Both the position numbers and the translations under genes were made by a program. Under the pieces are notes generated by a model that saw nothing but the letters and a program-made list of their open reading frames with translations, made no database searches and had not been told where the DNA came from. A stretch of 64,000 nt of DNA from an uncultured Elusimicrobia bacterium (GTDB lineage Bacteria > Elusimicrobiota > Endomicrobiia > DTEH01). Each line of letters begins with the position of its first letter. The first letter of the stretch is position 1. The DNA is taken from assembly GCA_964561135.1 (NCBI GenBank), contig CAZLOB010000054.1, positions 22,429 to 86,428 of the forward strand. Direction: 5' to 3'. Shown here one piece after another: positions 9,620-19,162 of this stretch.

Positions 9620-10215
9620 CTTGCATCCCCTCTTTTAAAATTATTTTTTACTCTACATAGATAAATCTCTAATTCTCTACCCATTCCTTTAGATAATAAA
9701 AGCTTCGTTTCATACGGTTCAAACTCAGGGTGTTCTATTTTCAAAGATATATAAGTATCCAAGATCTCATCAGAAACAACATATTCAAACTTACCATCTG
9801 TATCTGTATAAAAAATATCTAACAAAACATCCGTCTTTAATATACTTATTTTAGCATTTGATACAGGTTTTAAAGAACCTAAAACAAAAACTCTACCTTT
9901 TATAATAGAGGCATTATACGGTTGTATTAAAACATTCGTTTGTATTTTTTTATTTTTAACATTTATTAACACAAAATTTGTTGTGTATCCCAATACTGCG
10001 ATTAACAAGTTAAAAATAGAAACAAAAAATGTTATCAAAAACAAAGTGTTGTTATAAAAGAACTTTTTCCTTCTCTTAACAAACCACCTAAAAATCACTA
10101 AACATACTAAAATTGATATTGAAACAAACAAAAACCATATTTTTGCATATAAAAACGGTAAAAAACAACTGTTAACCAAAACAGCTAAGATTAATAAAAA
10201 TTCTATTATATTCAC
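9616..10215 (-). CDS. Membrane protein with a C-terminal carboxypeptidase-regulatory-like (CarbopepD_reg) beta-sandwich
   Basis: 199 aa. There are three to four N-terminal hydrophobic helices, then IKGRVFVLGSLKPVSNAKISILKTD...YTDTDGKFEYVV, which resembles CarbopepD_reg domains. Confidence 0.35.
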   Translation of the reverse strand: MNIIEFLLILAVLVNSCFLPFLYAKIWFLFVSISILVCLVIFRWFVKRRKKFFYNNTLFLITFFVSIFNLLIAVLGYTTNFVLINVKNKKIQTNVLIQPYNASIIKGRVFVLGSLKPVSNAKISILKTDVLLDIFYTDTDGKFEYVVSDEILDTYISLKIEHPEFEPYETKLLLSKGMGRELEIYLCRVKNNFKRGDAR

Positions 10216-10249
10216 TTAACATTCTGCAAACAAATTTTCATAACATTAT

Positions 10250-10492
10250 TTAATAAAAGGCTACAAATTTTAACATTGGTAAGACAATATCGCAACCAAT
10301 CTTATGAAGATATACAATAGGATTTTTTTTACTTCTGTGAGTTACAAATAAATAATAAATTAGTGCCTCTAAAAACTTGATTTTTATTGCAGGAATAGAA
10401 ATGATTTGTCTTTTATATTCAAAAATATCTGTTGTTTCTTTTTTAAAAAAAATTACAAACTGCCAAATTTTTTCTACAAGAATTTTTAGCAT
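10250..10492 (-). CDS. Hypothetical small protein (doubtful)
   Basis: 80-aa ORF lying between tRNA-Gln and the downstream membrane-protein gene. It has no recognisable motifs. Confidence 0.15.
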   Translation of the reverse strand: MLKILVEKIWQFVIFFKKETTDIFEYKRQIISIPAIKIKFLEALIYYLFVTHRSKKNPIVYLHKIGCDIVLPMLKFVAFY

Positions 10493-10502
10493 ATATTTTA
10501 AC

Positions 10503-10574
10503 CTCCGGGGCCTGGACTCGAACCAGGACTAAAGGATCCAAAGTCCCTTGTGCTACCAATTACACCACCCCGGA
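10503..10574 (-). tRNA. tRNA-Gln (anticodon TTG)
   Basis: A GC-rich island in AT-rich DNA. The minus-strand sequence is TCCGGGGTGGTGTAATTGGTAGCACAAGGGACTTTGGATCCTTTAGTCCTGGTTCGAGTCCAGGCCCCGGAG. It folds as a cloverleaf with a 7-bp acceptor stem, T-arm CCTGG/TTCGAGT/CCAGG and anticodon loop CTTTGGA. U1:A72 and G73 fit Gln identity. CCA is not encoded. Confidence 0.8.
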
Positions 10575-10812
10575 AATATCTCACAATCTCGTTGCTTAGC
10601 CAAAATTTGGTAAATAATACAAAAAAAATAACAAAATTTCAACATCTAACAAAAATATCGTTAACATAAAAGATGAATTGTTATAAAATTGTTCATCCTA
10701 TTAAGAAAAATATATAAAATCAACGGAGTTTAAAAGAGGATAGTTTTTAGATTTTATAATCTTATTACAAAAAATTAAGAATAGACAAAAACTAAAATTA
10801 ATATCTTTTTCT

Positions 10813-12204
10813 TCATTTCTTGCGATATTTATTATAAACTTCTGGCAGATAAGTTTTAACTAAATCCCACATTTCTTCATCAGAAATGTCAGAAACTCTA
10901 TAATGTACATTGTATTGTTCGTCAATCCATTCTTTAATTTTGAGTATACCTGGATGGTCTTTAGGCAACCATTCGTTCTCAGGTATTTTAAGTTTTGTAT
11001 TAATCCAATATGCAATCCCAGCAAGGCCTGATTTATCTGATATACCAACTTCTGGTTTTCTTCCAAGAATTTTCTCTGTGTTAAAAATATTATAAATTTC
11101 TTCAAACTTAAGGAGACCGTCAGCATGGATACCAGCACGTGTTTTAGCAAAATTTTCGCCAACAAAAGGTTGGTTTGGAGGAATTCTATACCCAATCTTT
11201 TCTTTAAAATATTCTGCAATCCTTGTTATAGCAGATAAATCCATACCGTGTGTTTCTCCACGTAATGCAACATAATGGATACACAACGCTTCAATTGGTG
11301 TGTTCCCAGTCCTTTCTCCAATACCTAAAAGAGAACCATTAGCAGCAGAACATCCGTAAAGCCAGGCTGTCGTTGCATTAACTACGCCAAAATAAAAATC
11401 GTTATGCCCATGCCATTCAAGCCACTCTGATGGTACCCCAGCAAGACGTGTAAGACCGTATATAATTCCTGGAACACTTCTTGGTAGAGAAGCACCTGGA
11501 TATGTTACACCATATCCCAATGTATCACAAGCACGTATTTTAACAGGCATTTTTGCTTCATGAGCAAGTTTCATAAGTTGTCTTGCAAAAGGTATAACAA
11601 ATCCATAAAAATCCGCACGAGTTATATCTTCAAAATGTACTCTTGGAATTATTTTCATTTCTAAAGCTTTTTCAACAATTTTTAAATATTGCTGCATAGC
11701 CTGAGAACGTTTCATTTTTAACTTATAAAATATATGATAATCAGATACTGAAGCAAGTATACCTGTTTCTTTTATCCCCATTTGTTTTACTAACTCAAAA
11801 TCTTGTTCGTTAGCACGAATCCAAGCAGTTATCTCAGGATATTTCAAATTAAGCTTCATACATTCTTCAACAGCTTTTCTATCTTTCTCCGTGTAAATAA
11901 AAAATTCTGTCTGTCTTATAACACCGTTTGGTCCTGAAAGCTCTGACATAAGTTTATATAAATCTACCGTTTGTTCAACAGTAAAATTTCCAAACCCTTG
12001 TTGACCATCTCTAAATGTAGTATCAGTAATCCATATTTCTTCAGCTGGATTCATCGGCACTAATCTATGGTTAAAAGGTACTTTAGGTATCTCATCATAA
12101 GAAAATATATCTCGGTACAAATTTGGCTCATCTACATCTTGTAATTCATATCGATATTCATCTTGTTCTAAAGTTCTTCTATGTTTATTAAATCTTAAAA
12201 CCAT
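10813..12204 (-). CDS. DRE-TIM (HMGL-like) Claisen-condensing enzyme of the LeuA/NifV/Re-citrate synthase family. Substrate specificity is unassigned.
   Basis: 463 aa. After a 55-aa N-terminal extension it has the active-site motif WITDTTFRDGQQGF, plus HGHNDFYFGVVNATTAW...GIGERTGNTPIEAL. A canonical leuA lies elsewhere in the window. Confidence 0.7.
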   Translation of the reverse strand: MVLRFNKHRRTLEQDEYRYELQDVDEPNLYRDIFSYDEIPKVPFNHRLVPMNPAEEIWITDTTFRDGQQGFGNFTVEQTVDLYKLMSELSGPNGVIRQTEFFIYTEKDRKAVEECMKLNLKYPEITAWIRANEQDFELVKQMGIKETGILASVSDYHIFYKLKMKRSQAMQQYLKIVEKALEMKIIPRVHFEDITRADFYGFVIPFARQLMKLAHEAKMPVKIRACDTLGYGVTYPGASLPRSVPGIIYGLTRLAGVPSEWLEWHGHNDFYFGVVNATTAWLYGCSAANGSLLGIGERTGNTPIEALCIHYVALRGETHGMDLSAITRIAEYFKEKIGYRIPPNQPFVGENFAKTRAGIHADGLLKFEEIYNIFNTEKILGRKPEVGISDKSGLAGIAYWINTKLKIPENEWLPKDHPGILKIKEWIDEQYNVHYRVSDISDEEMWDLVKTYLPEVYNKYRKK

Positions 12205-12212
12205 ACCACCCC

Positions 12213-13484
12213 CTATACAGTTGTTTTTACTTTATCATAAGCTTCTTTTAAAAAAGAATAAAAAATACCTATCATTATCCCTAAACAAGTTGATACTAAA
12301 ACTATGATTTTTCTTTTACCACCTTCAGGACGCTCAGGTAACACACTTAAATATGCAACTTTAGCTATCTCTTCCTTTATTCCGTTTTTTATATTAAGTT
12401 CTTCTTTTTTACGTTCAAGTGTAGTTAATGTTTCCCATAACAAATCTCTGTTTTTTAAAAGTTCTTTTTGTCGTATTTTTTCTTTTTCAAGCTCTGTTTG
12501 TAGTTGTCTAATTTGTTGTTCATAATTCTTTGTTTTCAACTCTTCTTCAAACTCTTTTTTTCTTTTCTCAAGTATTGAAATTATACTATTTATTTCTTTA
12601 ACAACTTCAGAAATGTTTGTTTTATTAACATTTTGTGTATCAATTTGCCTAATCTCAAACTTAAGTGGTAGTTCAGATGAACCAGCGAAAATAGTTGATT
12701 TAAACCTAAGTATTGCAAGTGTATCAGCAAACTCGCCAACAGACGTCAAACCCCCACTTTCAACTTGTTCTTTTAAATTTTTTGCTTGCCACAAATGTTT
12801 TTCTATCTCTGTTATGTTATCTTTGTAATAATTATATATTTTACTTAATTGGTCAATTTTTGTAGAAAGTTCCAAAATTTTGTTGTTGTTTACAAACTGG
12901 TTGTATTTTATAACAGCTTCATTATATTTTTGCCTCACATTTTTAAGTTCTTTGTCAATACTTTCTTTTTGGATACTTACAAGTAGCGATAATGATTTAT
13001 CAACGGTTGCCAACACAATTTCGTCTGCAAAAAATTTTGCCTGGTATTTATCAGGAAGGGATACCCTTACTTTTATTAAAGAATCGTATAGTTTAACATT
13101 AATTATTTTTGATTTTTTATCAAGCAAATCATTTAGTTTTATCTTACCTTTTTTAATAACACCTTGTTGTTCTGCTTTTAAAAGAATATCGGTAAGAATA
13201 AATGGTGTTTTAATGATTTCAGTTATAGTTTTTTTTCTTTGTTCAAGAATCTCGTCTTCAATATAATCCTTATCTTGTATTTTAGGTTCAAAAGTTATTT
13301 CTTGCTTCCTACTAACAATTAATATACCAGCTTCTGCAGTGTAAACTTTTTTCTGTAATAAAGAAAAAATTATGCCTATGAATAAAAAAATAACTGTAAA
13401 GCCAAATATTACTGATTTATTCCTTAGAAAAAATCTTATTATATCTACTAAACTTATCTCTTCTTCATAAACATTGTTCCCCAT
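12213..13484 (-). CDS. Polysaccharide co-polymerase (Wzz/chain-length-determinant-like) membrane protein
   Basis: 423 aa. It has an N-terminal TM (VIFGFTVIFLFIGIIFSLL), a long coiled-coil periplasmic region and a C-terminal TM (IIVLVSTCLGIMIGIFYSFL). This topology is PCP-like. Confidence 0.4.
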   Translation of the reverse strand: MGNNVYEEEISLVDIIRFFLRNKSVIFGFTVIFLFIGIIFSLLQKKVYTAEAGILIVSRKQEITFEPKIQDKDYIEDEILEQRKKTITEIIKTPFILTDILLKAEQQGVIKKGKIKLNDLLDKKSKIINVKLYDSLIKVRVSLPDKYQAKFFADEIVLATVDKSLSLLVSIQKESIDKELKNVRQKYNEAVIKYNQFVNNNKILELSTKIDQLSKIYNYYKDNITEIEKHLWQAKNLKEQVESGGLTSVGEFADTLAILRFKSTIFAGSSELPLKFEIRQIDTQNVNKTNISEVVKEINSIISILEKRKKEFEEELKTKNYEQQIRQLQTELEKEKIRQKELLKNRDLLWETLTTLERKKEELNIKNGIKEEIAKVAYLSVLPERPEGGKRKIIVLVSTCLGIMIGIFYSFLKEAYDKVKTTV

Positions 13485-13490
13485 AATTTT

Positions 13491-14471
13491 TTATTTACCC
13501 CTTTCTGTAGTTTTAAACATTCCTAACTTTCTATATTTTTTGTATCTTAACTTCAACAATTGCTCAATAGGTGTTTTGAACAATTCAGTTAAACTTTTCA
13601 CAATTACTTTTTTAACATTTTCCACTACTTGTTTAACATCTTTATGTGCACCACCTAAAGGTTCAGGAATTATTTCATCAACAACACCTAATTCATATAA
13701 ATCTTTTGCTGTAAGCTTAAGAGCTTCTGCAGCTTGTTGCCATTTTGATGCATCTCTGAATAAAATTGATGCACACCCTTCAGGAGAAATAACTGAATAA
13801 TAAGCATTCTCTAACATAAACAATCTATCTCCTACACCAATACCTAATGCCCCTCCTGACCCACCTTCACCTATAACTACACAAATTATTGGTGTTTTAA
13901 GCTGAGACATCTCGAACAAATTTTTTGCTATAGCTTCAGCTTGCCCACGTTCTTCTGCACCAATACCAGGGTATGCACCTGGCGTGTCAATAAAAGATAT
14001 AACTGGCATACTAAACTTTTCAGCCAGTTTCATTATTCTTAACGCTTTCCTATATCCCTCAGGATGTAGCATTCCAAAATTAACAACCATGTTTTCTTCT
14101 AAAGAACGCCCTTTCTGTTGTCCTACTATAGCACACACTAAAACCCTTCCATCAATAATAATCTCTCCAAACCCACATATAACTGATCTATCATCGCGGA
14201 AGAATCTGTCCCCGTGAAGTTCTATAAAATTTGAAAATATTCCTTCTATATAATCTTTTGCATAAGGTCTTTGAGGATGACGCGCAATTAACACTTTTTG
14301 AGCAGGAGTAAGATTTGTATAAATTTCTTTCTTAAGTTGTTCACTTTGTTGTTTAAGTTGTTGAATTTGTTGTTTAATATCTTCTGTAATTTCTGTAGTT
14401 TGTTCTAAAAGTTGAATTTGTTTTTCTAATTCTTCAATTGGTTTTTCAAACTCTAAATAATATTCTGGCAT
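13491..14471 (-). CDS. accA: Acetyl-CoA carboxylase carboxyltransferase alpha subunit
   Basis: 326 aa. It starts [22 protein letters not shown]. The regions [23 protein letters not shown] and [26 protein letters not shown] are typical of AccA. Confidence 0.85.
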   Translation of the reverse strand: MPEYYLEFEKPIEELEKQIQLLEQTTEITEDIKQQIQQLKQQSEQLKKEIYTNLTPAQKVLIARHPQRPYAKDYIEGIFSNFIELHGDRFFRDDRSVICGFGEIIIDGRVLVCAIVGQQKGRSLEENMVVNFGMLHPEGYRKALRIMKLAEKFSMPVISFIDTPGAYPGIGAEERGQAEAIAKNLFEMSQLKTPIICVVIGEGGSGGALGIGVGDRLFMLENAYYSVISPEGCASILFRDASKWQQAAEALKLTAKDLYELGVVDEIIPEPLGGAHKDVKQVVENVKKVIVKSLTELFKTPIEQLLKLRYKKYRKLGMFKTTERGK

Positions 14472-14489
14472 TTTATTACACTACCTTGA

Positions 14490-15173
14490 TTAAAAAAATT
14501 TATATAAATAATTAAGCCGTATTTGTCGTTCGATTTTTGAATTTTTGTCAAAAAGATTAATAAAAATAAAGTCTATATCTATCAATTTTGACAAACAAAG
14601 ACCTACTAACAAATTTACCTGTTGTATCTTTTGCTCATTTATATTTTCCCACTCAACACCTAATTTTACAATATCTTCAACTATCCCTCTTGATGATAAA
14701 AAACATAACAATTTTGATTCACCACCATATTTTGTTAAATTAACACCTACATCTATAAACATTTTTTTCATCAAAACATTCTGTGAAAAAACTAAAAACA
14801 ATCCTTTTGCAGGAATGTTATATCCGCTCGAAATAAACTTATATTCTTGACCATCATAACCTATTGCTACCGCAGGAAAAAATTTTGTTCCATCTAACAC
14901 ACGCCATTTTATATAAAATGACGGATCTCGAACTTGAGGTGTTTGTGAACCTATTAATTCTCCGACATCTAAACTACCACCAAAATTAATCCTGTTAAAC
15001 GGAGCAAAAATAAACCTTGAAATCATTCCACCGCCAGAATAAATCCTAACAGATATCTCTCCTAAACCATAATCAACAACTTCTGCTGTTGGGCAGTTAA
15101 CAACATTTATTTGCGCAGAAAATAAAGTAGTATGTAATAAAAGACTAAACAAAATAAGTTTTTTAAAATTCAT
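14490..15173 (-). CDS. Hypothetical secreted protein, possibly an outer-membrane beta-barrel
   Basis: 227 aa. It has a signal peptide (MNFKKLILFSLLLHTTLFSAQ), alternating hydrophobic stretches and an aromatic C-terminus (...YLYKFF). Confidence 0.35.
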   Translation of the reverse strand: MNFKKLILFSLLLHTTLFSAQINVVNCPTAEVVDYGLGEISVRIYSGGGMISRFIFAPFNRINFGGSLDVGELIGSQTPQVRDPSFYIKWRVLDGTKFFPAVAIGYDGQEYKFISSGYNIPAKGLFLVFSQNVLMKKMFIDVGVNLTKYGGESKLLCFLSSRGIVEDIVKLGVEWENINEQKIQQVNLLVGLCLSKLIDIDFIFINLFDKNSKIERQIRLNYLYKFF

Positions 15174-15210
15174 ATCATTTCAAAAAATTCAAATTATAAA
15201 AAACAAATTT

Positions 15211-16212
15211 TTACTTTCCTGTTTTGGTAGGTTTTTGTTCTATTTTTGGATATTTTGCTTCAAGTTGTCTAATTGCAATATCTATTAATTGTTTTATAGC
15301 AACAGATGGTTCTGTTTCTTTCATTTTTTTAAGTATGCTCAATGATTCTATATCACCTATGAACCTTATAGCATCAACCGCAAGTTGTCTTATAACATCA
15401 TCTTTGCTTGCTAGTTCTTTTTTAATTGTTGGTAAGACTGATTTATCATTTTTAAGTTTTGCTAAAGCGTATGCTGAATAAAATTTCATTTTTGGTAGCG
15501 TAACAGGTGAGGAGTACAAAATTTTAAATTTTTCAATTGATTCTTCATCGTCCATATCAACTAAGTTTCTTATTATATCAGAAACAATCACTTCATCATC
15601 AAGATTTTGATCAATCGCTTCTCTTAACGCTTTTATGCTATCAGAATGTGGTATTTTACCTAAAGCAAAAATCACACTTCTACGTAAATTTTTATCATCA
15701 GAATTTTTCAACTCTACTAACACAGGAATAGCTTCGGTAGATCTAAGAATACTCAAAGTGTTACAAATAGAATATTTAACAGCAAGCGATTCCTCTTCCG
15801 ATTTTAAAATTTTAGTTAAAACAGGGACAACTTTTTTATCACCAATGTATCCTAACGCAACAACTGCTGATTGTCTAACCTGAGCATCTTTATCCTTTTC
15901 TAAAACATCTATAATTTCGTTAACAGCTTCTTGTGTTCTTAACAAACCTAAAGACAAAACTGCTTCTTGTCTTACAAATGAATTTTCATCTTTTAACAAT
16001 CTTTTAAGATGTTCTACTGCACGTGGATCTTGTAATCTACCAAATTGTTCTGCTGCTATTCTTCTTGTATATGGATCAGCGCTTTTTGAATTTTCAACCG
16101 CTTGTTCAAACGGATCAACTTCTTCAACAACTGAAGTTCCAACATCTTGAGCAAACAAACTTGGTACCACAAAACAACATACTAATGTTATTATAAAAAA
16201 CTTTTTTATCAT
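15211..16212 (-). CDS. Secreted HEAT-repeat protein (PBS-lyase HEAT-like repeats)
   Basis: 333 aa. A signal peptide is followed by repeated DPxVRxxAxxALGxIG-type units (DPYTRRIAAEQFGRL, NSFVRQEAVLSLGLL, DAQVRQSAVVALGYIG, DKNLRRSVIFALGKI). Confidence 0.55.
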   Translation of the reverse strand: MIKKFFIITLVCCFVVPSLFAQDVGTSVVEEVDPFEQAVENSKSADPYTRRIAAEQFGRLQDPRAVEHLKRLLKDENSFVRQEAVLSLGLLRTQEAVNEIIDVLEKDKDAQVRQSAVVALGYIGDKKVVPVLTKILKSEEESLAVKYSICNTLSILRSTEAIPVLVELKNSDDKNLRRSVIFALGKIPHSDSIKALREAIDQNLDDEVIVSDIIRNLVDMDDEESIEKFKILYSSPVTLPKMKFYSAYALAKLKNDKSVLPTIKKELASKDDVIRQLAVDAIRFIGDIESLSILKKMKETEPSVAIKQLIDIAIRQLEAKYPKIEQKPTKTGK

Positions 16213-16240
16213 TTCATCCTCCTAAATAATTAAAAAAAAA

Positions 16241-16837
16241 TTATTCTTCAAGTTCTACATTCCAATATAAATTATCAATAAACTTTTGCCAAGAAAGAGG
16301 TATTTTAATACGAGAATTAAGTACTAGCGCAAGTTTTATTCTTCTTTGTGGTTTTGATGGTGGTATCACAAGTTTCATTCCTGCTTCTTGAGGCAATTTA
16401 TTACCTTTTTTAAGATTACATTCTATACACGATGTAACAACATTTGTCCATTCAGTTTTCCCACCACGTGACCTCGGTACTACATGGTCAATATTGAGCT
16501 TATCAGAAGGGAATTTTTTGCCACAATAACAACATCTATACCCGTAATGTTCGTAAATATTTTTCCGTGTAAGACGAGGTTCTTCAAACCTCACTTTATC
16601 ATAATATTTCAATGCTATGATCTCTGGTATTGCTATTTTTAACTTACATGTATGTATGAAACCAGCAGGATGATCTTTTATATATTGAGAAAGTTCAACC
16701 CAGTCTTTAAACGAATATGTTTTATACTCCTCATCAACAACGTCAGCATGGTCAAGATAAACTAACTTAATTGCTCTCTTCCAAGTAGTTATTGTTACAG
16801 GGACAAAATGTTTATTTAATACTAAAACATATCTCAT
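16241..16837 (-). CDS. HNH endonuclease family protein
   Basis: 198 aa. The HNH motif is CCYCGKKFPSDKLNIDHVVPRSRGGKTEWTNVVTSCIECNLKKGNK. The N-terminal region VLVLNKHFVPVTITTWKRAIKLV resembles a widespread conserved HNH family. Confidence 0.7.
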   Translation of the reverse strand: MRYVLVLNKHFVPVTITTWKRAIKLVYLDHADVVDEEYKTYSFKDWVELSQYIKDHPAGFIHTCKLKIAIPEIIALKYYDKVRFEEPRLTRKNIYEHYGYRCCYCGKKFPSDKLNIDHVVPRSRGGKTEWTNVVTSCIECNLKKGNKLPQEAGMKLVIPPSKPQRRIKLALVLNSRIKIPLSWQKFIDNLYWNVELEE

Positions 16838-16846
16838 AACTACTGA

Positions 16847-17611
16847 CTAAAATTTTATCCCTAAGTTTAAAGTATACCCTTCTGTATTATAAATGTATCC
16901 ATAACCTAAATTAAAATAAAAAACTGGAATAAAAGAAAAATTAATACCAACTTCGTAACGTGTTTGTAGATCCATTTTATTTTTCCCAACAATTGCAACT
17001 TTTTTGTCTACAACAAGTTCTGAAGTATCAAAACCAACTAAAACATATGGTTTAACAAAAGGGATTTTTTGAATTGAAACAATCAAATTTACAGATTGTG
17101 ATGTATGTTTTAGTATATCTTTTGCTTCAAGAATATTGTAAAACCCAGCTGCTGAAATGTTTATTATAGGTATAATTGGTGGTAATGACAAAAATTTATA
17201 TTTTATTCCAAAACCATATAGCAAAAAATTTTCGTATCCAGAATATCTTACAATAAAATCCAAGTTTAATGGTAAACCTTTTTCTATTTGTATCACACCG
17301 AAAGGAACTACTTTTACAGATGCATTTTTAAACACTTCATTAAGTATGATATTATCTTGAGAAATTTTTTTCCCAACAAAACACGCTTTTATATTTAGTC
17401 CTATTGACGGCGGTACCGCTGTAAACAAACCTAAACTTTCTGCTGTGTTTAAAACATTGCTACAAACAAGACCAGTAAGATCTTTATTAAATGGTTTAAC
17501 ATATTTTTCATCAAACTTTTTCTTAAATTCTTCAAACATATCTGTTATGTCTTGAGCAAAAATACAATTGATAAACACTAAAAAACCTATATATATAAAA
17601 AATTTTTTCAT
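16847..17611 (-). CDS. Hypothetical outer-membrane beta-barrel-like protein
   Basis: 254 aa. It has a signal peptide (MKKFFIYIGFLVFINCIFAQD), amphipathic beta-strand patterning and a C-terminal ...YTLNLGIKF (terminal Phe). Confidence 0.4.
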   Translation of the reverse strand: MKKFFIYIGFLVFINCIFAQDITDMFEEFKKKFDEKYVKPFNKDLTGLVCSNVLNTAESLGLFTAVPPSIGLNIKACFVGKKISQDNIILNEVFKNASVKVVPFGVIQIEKGLPLNLDFIVRYSGYENFLLYGFGIKYKFLSLPPIIPIINISAAGFYNILEAKDILKHTSQSVNLIVSIQKIPFVKPYVLVGFDTSELVVDKKVAIVGKNKMDLQTRYEVGINFSFIPVFYFNLGYGYIYNTEGYTLNLGIKF

Positions 17612-17733
17612 ATCTTCCCCCTCCTTAAAAAATTTTATTATTCAATACTTGTTTTACAAAAAAACATTTTATATTACAATATTGTTATTTAATTATTAAA
17701 TTTAAAAGCTCAAGTACTAAAGATTTAAACTGA

Positions 17734-18750
17734 ATGATAATACAAAAAACTAAACTGAAAATCAACTGCCCTATATTAATTTTTTCTTGGCCATCGTTAG
17801 GTCTTGTAGGAAGGTACATAACAAACTATCTAATTTGTGAACTTAAAGCACAAGTTTTTGCAGAAATTGAGTTAGAAGATTATATTTCTTTTCACAATCT
17901 TATTGTAGAAAAAGGGATAATATATTCAGCCCCACAACTTAAAGATAAAATATATTTTTTACATACCGAATTATATGACTTTATTCTTTTCTATAGCGAT
18001 TTTGAACCTTCACCACAATGTTATACAAAACTTGCAAACGATATTTTAAACTTTTTGTTAAAATTTGATATTTCTTTTATTATCACTTTCAACTCTTTAC
18101 CAACAAATATACTTCATACTGACAAACCAAACCTTTATTTAGCTACAACAACTTCTTCAACAAAAGTGTTACCTGTGTTACAAAAACTTAACTTGCCAAA
18201 ACTTGAGTTTGGTGTTATTGAAGGAATGAATGGCATATTTTTGTCAGTTGCAAAAGAAATGGGAATAAATAGTATCTGTATTTTTTCAGAAATTCCTTTT
18301 TATACATTAGATATGTATAACCCACAATCTGCGAAAGAAATTTTGTTTTTGTTAAAAGGAATTTTTGACTTCAAACTTTCTTTTGACAAACTTTATCAAG
18401 ATATAAAACTTATGGATGAACATTTAAGGACTACTTTCAACGAACTTAATCAAAAAGCACAACGGTTGTTCTCACAATTTTATCAACTAAAAAAACAATA
18501 TGGCAAAAAATTAGACCAAGATGATATATTTGAACCATCTGCTGATGGAATAACTTTTGAAGAACTTAAAAAACAAATAAAATTTTCGTTACCAGAATCA
18601 GCAAAAAATAAAATAAACCAATTGTTCAAACTTGCAAAAGAAAATATTGAGTATGCAAAACAACTTAAAGAAGAGCTTGACCGCTGGGGTGTTTATAAAG
18701 AATACGAAGATAAATTTTTGTCATTGTTTTTGAAAAAGAAAAAAGAGTAG
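17734..18750 (+). CDS. PAC2-family protein (ATP-grasp-like, proteasome-assembly-chaperone-2 homolog) with a C-terminal coiled-coil extension
   Basis: 338 aa. It has the N-terminal LIFSWPSLGLVGRYITNYLI (PAC2 GxPGxGxVG-like) and GVIEGMNGIFLSVAKEMGINSICIFSEIPFY (PAC2 GLLPG...vPhY region). Confidence 0.45.
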   Translation: MIIQKTKLKINCPILIFSWPSLGLVGRYITNYLICELKAQVFAEIELEDYISFHNLIVEKGIIYSAPQLKDKIYFLHTELYDFILFYSDFEPSPQCYTKLANDILNFLLKFDISFIITFNSLPTNILHTDKPNLYLATTTSSTKVLPVLQKLNLPKLEFGVIEGMNGIFLSVAKEMGINSICIFSEIPFYTLDMYNPQSAKEILFLLKGIFDFKLSFDKLYQDIKLMDEHLRTTFNELNQKAQRLFSQFYQLKKQYGKKLDQDDIFEPSADGITFEELKKQIKFSLPESAKNKINQLFKLAKENIEYAKQLKEELDRWGVYKEYEDKFLSLFLKKKKE

Positions 18751-18894
18751 CGAAAAAAATATGATATTACGACACATCTGCTTTAGCTATGCGATTGTCA
18801 AAGTAAAAAGACGAAAAAAAATGTAGCTGTGGATTTTAGCCATAATGTAATTGAAAGTTATAATGAAATAAAGAGAGACCCAGGAGAGAAACTA

Positions 18895-19158
18895 ATGAAA
18901 GAATTTATTACAGTGTTAATAACCATATTTCTATCAGAAATAGGGGATAAAACACAACTTGCAGTGTTCTCGTTTGCAACAAAAAGTTCAAACTTGTTTA
19001 AAATATGGCTTGCAGCAACTTTAGCATTTTGCATAACAAACTTTATCGGTATTATTATTGGTGGGCAAATAAATAAATTTCTACCATATAATGTTATAAA
19101 ATATCTTGCTGGAACTATTTTTATCATAATAGGTATTACGACTATTTTTTCAAAATAA
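18895..19158 (+). CDS. UPF0016 (GDT1/TMEM165/MneA) family half-size membrane protein
   Basis: It has the signature E-x-G-D-K-T motif (LSEIGDKTQLAV) within three TM helices. The ORF track starts at GTG 18829, but GGAGAG lies upstream of ATG 18895 and the domain begins there. Confidence 0.65.
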   Translation: MKEFITVLITIFLSEIGDKTQLAVFSFATKSSNLFKIWLAATLAFCITNFIGIIIGGQINKFLPYNVIKYLAGTIFIIIGITTIFSK

Positions 19159-19162
19159 AAAA

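Noticed and set aside
10493-10812. Possible integrated element next to tRNA-Gln. An AATTGTT direct repeat lies at 10681-10700.
   Set aside because: No integrase, recombinase or phage gene lies on either side. The flanking genes are housekeeping or envelope genes. The short direct repeat is more likely a promoter or operator feature of the downstream condensing-enzyme gene.
10813-12204. Alternative reading of the DTTFRDGQQ protein as a pyruvate-carboxylase/oxaloacetate-decarboxylase carboxyltransferase (5S-like), given nearby accA, accB and accC
   Set aside because: The metal and CoA-binding region is HGHND...GIGERTGN, which is LeuA/NifV type. It is not the HxHDT...G.TSQP pattern of PC/OadA carboxyltransferases.
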